From NCBI RefSeq assembly GCF_009914755.1, contig NC_060933.1: a DNA stretch of 64,000 bases, one strand, 5' to 3'. The notes beneath the pieces were generated by a model. The model was not told where the DNA came from. It searched no databases and saw only the letters and a program-made list of their open reading frames with translations. Made by a program: the position numbers and the translations under genes. Source of the DNA: the human T2T-CHM13v2.0 reference genome, Homo sapiens. The first letter of the stretch is position 1. Every line of letters starts with the position of its first letter. Of this stretch, positions 56,585 to 64,000 are shown one piece after another.

Positions 56585-56782
56585 CAGGGTTTCTCTGTCT
56601 CAGCAGTATTGACGTTGTGGACCAGATCATGGTGTTGTGGGAGCTGTCCACACGGTAGTATGGTAGGATGTTTAGCAGCATTCCTGGCCTCTACGCTATA
56701 GATGTTAGTAGCACTGCTGCTCCTCTCTTTGTGACAAACAAGTGTCCCTGGGGTACAAAACTGTCCCTGGTTAAAACCTCTG
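56585..56782. mobile_element. MER20, preceded by an inverted partial MER20 copy (~56525-56582)
   Basis: 'gtaggatgtttagcagcattcctggcctcta...gtccctggggtacaaaa...ggttaaaacctctg'. Confidence 0.8.
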
Positions 56783-56789
56783 CTCTAGA

Positions 56790-57220
56790 TTCATCCTTTG
56801 CACTTCCCTGCCTGCATGGTAGCTCCTCTGGTCACGTCAAAGTTCTCATAGTTCCTTAAATAAACAAAACTTTTCCACATCTTTCCCAGAACTTTGCATG
56901 CACAGATCCCTTCCCACTCCTGCCTTTGCCACTTCATAAAATCCTGTGTATCCTTGAAAACTCATCCGAAGCATCCCTTCCTTGCAGACGCCACCCCAGA
57001 TGCTCCCGGACAGCTAGTGCACTCACAGCAAAGTTCTCCTGGAGCCCTGAGTGCATGGATTTAATTTTTCTTTTTGCTTGCGATGGTCTCTCCCACTGGA
57101 CTATAAGCTTCTTGAGGGTAAGTCCTGGATCTTTCTCACCTTTGCTCCCCAGTGCCTGGGAAGTATGGCCTAGCACAGAGTGGGTGCTTAGTGAATCCAC
57201 CTTGAGTAACATTGTTTAAT
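56790..57220 (+). mobile_element. L2 3' fragment
   Basis: 'ctctcccactggactataagcttcttgaggg...cctagcacagagtgggtgcttagtgaat'. Confidence 0.7.
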
Positions 57221-57589
57221 GGATCACTACTGGCTGGTCACGGGACATACAATGCTGTAGGCAAAAAGCATATTTTCTGGATCTTAATCATGTAAAGGGT
57301 CCAGTACTCCACCCTCAGGTATCAGAGCACCTCATCTCTTTTGCAGAGAAAAAAATAACTTATTTTAATCTCCAGGATGCTAGAGAGGTTTAGAGAAGTT
57401 TCCTCCTGCGAAAACCTTTTTCAGGCTCTGCCTTTGAGAAAACACTGAAAGGATAGCAGCAGGTAGCACTTTCTCTTCAAAAGATGCCTGAGGATGGGCA
57501 CCAATCCCAGCCAACCTTTCTGCCTGTGTTGGGAGCAAGGGGCTCCACCTAGTCTTTCTTGAATACAAATGTGATCCGTCGGGTCCAAC

Positions 57590-57890
57590 AGCAAAGCCCC
57601 GCCCTCCACTGCCAGGACTCTGGGCTGCGGGACTTTCTCCAGCTCTCCCCTCTGCATTGTCAAAACGGGAACAGACTGAGCAGAAGGAACGCGTTTGTGC
57701 TGAGACCAGAGCCAGGGCAGTACGCAGCAGATCCAGACAATCTGCTCTGCTCCTCCCAAGGAGAGAGGAAAGGCTTTTATTTCTTGCTGACAAGCAAGTC
57801 TGCAATGGGAAAATCTCTGGGGGACCAAAGCTAAGCCAAGTGAGAGATGCACGCCCCACACTGGTGTGCCTCACCTGCCTTTATACAGCC
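57590..57890 (-). promoter_or_regulatory. Candidate promoter/enhancer: TATAAA (57880-57885, minus strand) and GC box (57597-57604)
   Basis: Non-repetitive segment with several CpGs, containing TATAAAGG, CCCCGCCC and ACGCCCC next to a (GT)n tract. Motif evidence only. Confidence 0.3.
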
Positions 57891-57896
57891 AGGCTT

Positions 57897-57898
<2 letters not shown>

Positions 57899-57936
<38 letters not shown>
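57899..57936. repeat. (GT)19 microsatellite
   Basis: Perfect dinucleotide run. Confidence 0.97.
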
Positions 57937-57938
<2 letters not shown>

Positions 57939-58871
57939 GGGGTGGTGGTGGTGATGTGCATGCATTAAAAGAAAACTCATGAACTGTCAGACACAAAATA
58001 TCAAGTGCCCCCACTGCTTGGACACCTTCAGTGACAGGGACTTCTCACCATCTTAACAACTGTTAGACAGCTCTGTCTAGTAGAAAGCTTTTGGTCACTC
58101 TGGTGGTTTACCCTTTGGTCCTAAGTCCAATTCTTTGTTCTGTTTAGAATTGGTGCAATCCTTTTTCCCCAGGAAGGATTGTCAGAGGCAACCACTTTAC
58201 CAGCCAAATCCCTTCTTCTGGCTAGAGACCCAGTTCTTTCAACTCTTTTCCATGTGACACAGTTTTGAGTCTTCTCCCTTCCTGATCACCCTTTTCTCAT
58301 CAGTGCAATAGGTAATACAATACTTTTGTTTTTTCTGCAGTTCTCAGAGAGTAAGTTATTTGGGGTGGACATGTTTTCCACACAGCTGAAGAGCAACAGA
58401 ATTTTTAAAAAAAGCACAATGGAAAAATTGTCAGCATGCAGGATACAAGTCCCTTTTAGACTGTGTACATCCCTGCCAGTTCTCTCTCTGACGTTTCTCA
58501 CTATCTCTGACTTCATCTCTCACTACTTCCTCCCATGTATCTTCTTGCACCTCTTTGTACAACACCTTCCAACAAGATTGGACTCTTGTGCTATTCCTGA
58601 AAACACTAGGACCAATGAGAGGAAGCCAGAAGAAGTCACCTGATACCTGGATGCCTGGCACCTGGATACGAGAAGCACCTTCTAATGGCCAAAGAGTTCA
58701 CCGCTGGGAAGGGTGACACCAGCTGGGGGTGAGCTCTCCACTGTGAAGGTGTGTGGATGGAGGCTTCTGGTAGGGAAGTTCTTGACAGGCCTGGACTTAA
58801 CAAATCTGCTAGGTACTTGCCGTCTCTTTCAGCCCTGTGATTTTGTGATTGTGGGCAAAGATTCCGTAAGG

Positions 58872-58873
<2 letters not shown>

Positions 58874-58917
<44 letters not shown>
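58874..58917. repeat. (GT)22 microsatellite
   Basis: Perfect dinucleotide run. Confidence 0.97.
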
Positions 58918-58920
<3 letters not shown>

Positions 58921-60214
58921 GAGGACTCTGGGGTATCCTTTTGACAGCTGTGGGAGGGGGAGCAGAAAGCCATTTCCTTCAGCCGGGCTGCCGTAGGGCT
59001 GGCAACTGAGCATGCCTGACTCAGTCCGTGGCTGAGCTGAGCTGCTCAAGAAGAGGGGAGGCACAGTGTGGTGACAGACAGGAAGAAAGAGGGCCTGGTG
59101 CAGTCTCCCATGCTGGGGAACTTGCGGGTCAGGAGGATTTTGAGGGCCCATAGGTAAGTGTCTATCCCCGCCCCCCAACTCAGGGGCACAAGCCAGGTCT
59201 CTAATTGGTCTGAGTGTGTGGACAGTTCTGAAAAGTGTAGGGCTGGAGCCTGTGACATTATTCTGGAACAATTTGCCAGATTTCTGGACACGAGAGTGGC
59301 CACTGGTCTTATCATAAATGTGGGATGTCAGCATTTTCTAAGACTCCTGGAGTCTCAGGTCTGGGAGGACTTCTCCATGTTTCTTGTTCAGCCCCTCAGA
59401 AGCTGGCACACCATCACAAGCTATCATCCAGCCTTTTCTGGAACATCTCAGCATTTGATTAAAAGAAGTAACGGATGGAAATTATCTCCCACTGGCAGGT
59501 AGATAAACAAATTCCTTCCCTTTTCTTTCCTGTGAGTGACAGAAAGCTCACTGCCTTCTGAGGCAACTCATTCCATCTTTGGATGGCTTTGAGCTGAAGT
59601 CTGTTTAGTTGAGTGCACTGCAGGACATATTCTTATCACTCTCATGTTATCTGGGGAATCAGATGTTCTTATTACTATTGCTTATAAGAAATACTACTAC
59701 TTACAGCCACTGTTAGGTGAGCTCTACCTTGTGCCAGGTACCAGGTTAAGTACTTAACTAAACATGAATGTCAGGTCTATGGAAACTTCAAATCCCACTG
59801 GGCCATAGCTGGATGGTCCCCAGAAGTCAATCTAGTTCTCATGTTCCTGGTTAAATCAAAGCTCAGACCCTAAGCCACGAACCTAGATCTGTCATGGATC
59901 AATGAAAATAGAGTTTTCCTAAAGGGGGCTGTGGCCACATGGATTTCTGGATACCCCCATTTTCCTGTGGTTTCTGGGAAGCCAGTTCTTCACAAATGTG
60001 AAGTTAGTGGCTAGCCCCCTGGGTCACCCAGAGAGCTTACCTAGAATGGCCCCATCCTAGGGCCCCCATCCAAGAGACAAGGTCAAAACTTGAAGTCCAA
60101 ATGCTGCAGGGGCCAGGAGGGGGTAGATAAGCAAAGCTAAAGCCTTGCTTTTGTGTCTCTCCTGAATTCCCTGGGAGGCACCTATGAAGCAGGAGTCTAA
60201 GAGGCAGGAAATAT

Positions 60215-60345
60215 GGTTCTGTATTGAGGCTCTGCCACTTTCTGTGCAGCCAGGTAAGCTATTGCATCTCTCTTGCCTCAGTTTCCTCATCTAAAAATGG
60301 ATCTAAGAATTGTAGCCACCACTCAGGGCTGTTGTGAGGACGTGG
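60215..60345 (+). mobile_element. MIR
   Basis: 'ggctctgccactt...gcctcagtttcctcatctaaaaatgg...agggctgttgtgagga'. Confidence 0.75.
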
Positions 60346-60496
60346 GGGACTCAGCTGGTGACAATTGGTGTCATGATTTCCTTCACTCTAGCCAAGGTGG
60401 ACCAGGCAAAGTCTGAACAAAAAGAGTTTCTGCAAGGTTCAGGGGAAATGAAAGGACTTCTCTGGCCACCTTAGACAGCAGAGAGGGACAAATGAC

Positions 60497-61295
60497 AGTC
60501 TTAGATCAGATTCCCTAGAAGCAGAGCCTGAGGCAAGGATTTAGGTACACGTGATTTACTGGGGGAGTGTTCTTCAGGAAAAACCTGCAAGGGAGAGAGG
60601 AAAGGAAGCAGGATAGGAGCAGGGAGAGAGACAAACACAGGCGTGGTCAAGGGCCAGGCTACCAGATAAAATACAGGATGCCCAGGTCAATTTGCATTTC
60701 AGATGAACAATGAGTAATTTCTTACTATAAGTATGTTGCAAGTCTTGCATGAGGCCTACTTATACTCAAAACGTATCCTTAGTTTATTTGAAATGCAAAT
60801 ACAGCCGGGTATCTTGTATTTTTATTTGCTAAATCTGGTAACCCAGTCTAAGCTAGTCAATCAGCCCCATTTGCCCAAAACTGATGGGATACGGGAATTT
60901 CAGTGTAAAACTGAAATTCAGGCTGGTCATCATAAACTGTGATCTCAGGGAAAGCCAGCCTTGGCCTGATCCTTGGAGAGGGGGTAGAAGTGGACTGACT
61001 CTCTGGAGCCTAAAGCATACTGCAGAGGTGTCCCTTCCTGAGGGGAGGGAACTGCCCTTTTGCATTTCTGTGTCACTTAGTCATTGCCTGTGGTGGCAGT
61101 GATTGGGGAGCAGGTATGGGGAGAAAGTTGTAATCTCGTGGAGATGCAGCTTCTGTCTTCTGAGAGCCATTCTCTGGAGAAGGGGGGCATCATTGAGTCA
61201 TTAGCAGGCAAACAGGTGACATTTAGCAGCTGGGGGCAGGGGGTGTGCATTGGTCCTTAAAAGGGGAGCTGGTGGGACACCGTAGCATCTTCTAC
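60497..61295 (-). mobile_element. ERVL-type LTR (LTR41/LTR33-like) interrupted by MER53
   Basis: 'gtcttagatcagattccctagaagcagagcctgagg...gtgatttactgggggagtg' at one end and 'gcatcttctaca' at the other. Confidence 0.55.
60654..60846. mobile_element. MER53, full length and palindromic
   Basis: 'ccagataaaatacaggatgcccag...tataagtatg...acttatact...tgtatttttatttgctaaatctggtaaccc'. Confidence 0.88.
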
Positions 61296-63583
61296 ACTGT
61301 CTGTATCCCTCCAGCCCAGAGGCCCTGCTCCACCCTCAGAAGAGGTGAAAACTAGGCCTGACTCAAATTCCATGGATGAACCGCATATTTCCTCTGATTG
61401 TAGGCTGGGTGCCAGGATAACTCCAGCACAGACTGGTCTGAGACGGCTACCACGTTCACAGAGAACACTAAGGACACAGAGAAGAGAGGAGGGGTGAATT
61501 ATTCCTGACTGGGAGAAAGAGGGCCAGACAAGATTTCACATAGGGAGCAATATCTGAACCTTGAAAGTAGGTGACAGTCTGATGAGGGTTGGGGGTAGAG
61601 AGGTGGAGTGGTGGCTGGTGGCTGGTGGCTGATGGGTAGTAGTGGTGAGAAGGGCGTGGCCAAGGTGTGAAGGTCAAAGTCATGGAGGTCAAGGTGTGTA
61701 GGTCTTCTCATCAAGTCCTCCAAGAAGCAGGTACAAAGAGCAGGGGCCTCTTTTCCCCAAACTGGCCCCTAAGCCAGGTGAGCATAAGGCCTTCCCAGGC
61801 TGCAGATTCTGGGTCAGGTTTTGCCTGCACTGACAAAGCATCTGGTCTCCGCAAAGTGCCTAATGATTTATTTTTTGACCAAGCTAATGCTTTGAAAAAC
61901 TGCTGGCGGCCCTCCTGACCTGGGGATGCCCGGGCACCTGGGGAACGTCCCAGCTCCTGGCGGGGAGGCCCCGCCACCCAGGCCTGGCCCAGATCCATGG
62001 GAAGACAAGCTTCCTTCTCACCTTTCCAGTGTGTCCTGAAACCAGAAGCCCCATGACACTGGCTCCTCTTTCACTGCTCTGGGATTTCGGCTCTGGCCAA
62101 GGCAGGAACACCCATGCTGCAGAGAAGCCTGAGAAGCCACTGGGACCAAGATGCAGGGAGGGTCAGCTGGGGAGAGCGATGGGATTCGTCCCAAATCAGT
62201 GTCCCCATTTCTGGGCTGAGCTCAGCCTAGCACTGCTAAAGCTCAGCACCCGAGCCTTCCCACTGGCTCTGTAATTTCTTTTCAGCCCCTTGCTGAGGGA
62301 CACAGGGCTATTGTGACTTTATTTCAACCACTTACTTGCTGTGTGACCTTGTACATGTCACCTGGCCTTCCTGAGCCCTCTCTCACATCCTCACTAAGGA
62401 TGAAAACATCAGCACTAGTGACTAGCAGTCTTGTCGCGTTTGCCAGCTTTCAAAGCAGCACACTCACATGCATTCTCTCATTGCAACATCTCTGCAAATT
62501 GTGAAGTGGGTGAGTGGGCAAGGGACATTATTATCTCTATTTTAGGGATGAATGTGACTTGGCCTCATGTTACAGCTGCTAGACTCCTGGGCTCAGGACC
62601 CCTGACACTAGGACACGAAGAAGACAATAATCTCTTATCAGAGTCTCCAGGAAATGTCTGAACCAGAATCTGCAATTTTAAAGGCTTGAATATGGGGACT
62701 CAGGGGGCATTTGGTTCCCACATGTTTAATGACACTTTCAGAAACTAGGCTACAGAGGGAAGTACATCCTACGATGGGCTCTGTATTCTGTTTCCAGCAC
62801 AGTCTGATGTGGATTCAAATCTCAGCTCTCCTCTCTCAAAAATGCAGTAAGCTATAATCCAAATTGACTGTTGGGAGGAAAAACATGGGATTTGACAACA
62901 TGGGGTTTCTCTGGGACCCTTTAGTGCCCACAATGCCTTTTCTGGTGTCCTTTTTAGATTCTGACATGTCTGTATTTCAGATGACTCATCAACTGAAGAA
63001 GTAGACCAAGGAAGTGCAGATGGGGTTCTGAGGTGGGAAAGGTCTCTTCTCATTGGGGTGGGAGGGTGAGGAGAGGAGCAGAACGAGGGAAAGAAAATAA
63101 CAGAAACAGTGTTAATGAAGATTGCTGATTTTTTAGAGAGCCGAAAAAGTAACAATGGGGGAGGTCTGAGATTTGGGGCCAGCATGCAGTTGGTAGCCAG
63201 ACACATAGATTTAAGTCCCAGCACAGCCACTTACCAGCTAAGTGAGGCCAGTCCCGGATCTCTGTGGGCCTCAATCTCCTCACCTGAAACCTGGTGCAGG
63301 CAGGACCACCCCTTCGCTCCGTTGTCAAGGTCCAGATGTCCCTGGTGTCCAACAGGGCTTGACTACAGCAGGCACTTAATATGTGCTAACTCCGTGCATC
63401 CCCCCTCCTTTTTCCTAAGTGGATTATGAATCTAGGAAATATGAAACCTCCTTTCACCCAAACAAAAACTCTGTCATCTTAGACAAATCTGATAAAATTA
63501 ATATTTAAGTTGAAAAAGTGTTCTGCATGAATGATGACCCCATTGACTTATTTTCCTCTGACCTTGCTCACCACCCCTTCCCC

Positions 63584-63584
<1 letters not shown>

Positions 63585-63632
<48 letters not shown>
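63585..63632. repeat. (AC)n microsatellite, ~24 units
   Basis: Perfect dinucleotide run. Confidence 0.97.
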
Positions 63633-63635
<3 letters not shown>

Positions 63636-64000
63636 CCTCTCCCACCAATAAAACTAGACTGGCATGAGGAGAAAAGGCCAGGCTGTCATGATCCCAGCAT
63701 CCTGCCCACATAAACTTGGAGGCAGAACAGGCCCATATGGAGCCTCTGGGGACTGGGGTCTCTGCTGGTCCCCACAGTAGGTGCCAAGAACAGTTCACAG
63801 CCCAGCACGTGGCCGCACTGCCCACTCTGCTCCGTGAGGACAGGGCCTCGCTGTCCCCTGAAGGACTCTGGCAAAATAGCCTGCCAAAGACCTCAATCTG
63901 ATTAAAGAAAGGAAGGACATTGGAGAAAGGAAGAAATAAACGAAAGAAAAATGATGGAGAGAAGGGGAGAGAGAGAAGGAGAGAGGCCCGGTACAAGTGT

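Noticed and set aside
48365-59334. Longer ORFs at 48365 (177 aa), 51057 (216 aa), 57380 (164 aa) and 58636 (232 aa)
   Set aside because: They run through L1/L2 remnants or (CA)n tracts, or lack any recognisable domain; best treated as chance frames.

Overview
Primate (human-like) intergenic DNA rich in interspersed repeats: Alu/FLAM, old L1M, L2, MIR, MER4/MLT1/ERVL solo LTRs, and hAT and Tc1/mariner MITEs. The only sequence I recognise as protein-derived is an intronless processed copy of keratin 8 (KRT8) at ~797-2545 (+). It is inserted in the A-tail of a FLAM monomer, which itself interrupts an old L1. The copy has lost the parental ATG and poly(A) signal, yet keeps an uninterrupted 499-codon frame from a new upstream ATG. 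It also shows a strong 5'-to-3' gradient of CpG retention. Other notable structure: a ~0.9 kb G-rich 20-bp minisatellite with a recurring higher-order block, two Alus stacked in one target site (triple TSD), a 58-bp tandem duplication, and several hairpin-forming MITEs (MER6, MADE1, MER53, a folded-back MER20). A speculative chain of minus-strand promoter and splice signals at ~51-58 kb could be a lncRNA. The other ORFs in the track look like repeat-derived or chance frames. I found no convincing new multi-gene system. Repeat subfamily names and parental KRT8 comparisons come from remembered consensus sequences and need RepeatMasker/BLAST confirmation. From memory only and unverified, the layout could correspond to the KRT8P11/NAMA region of human 9q22.
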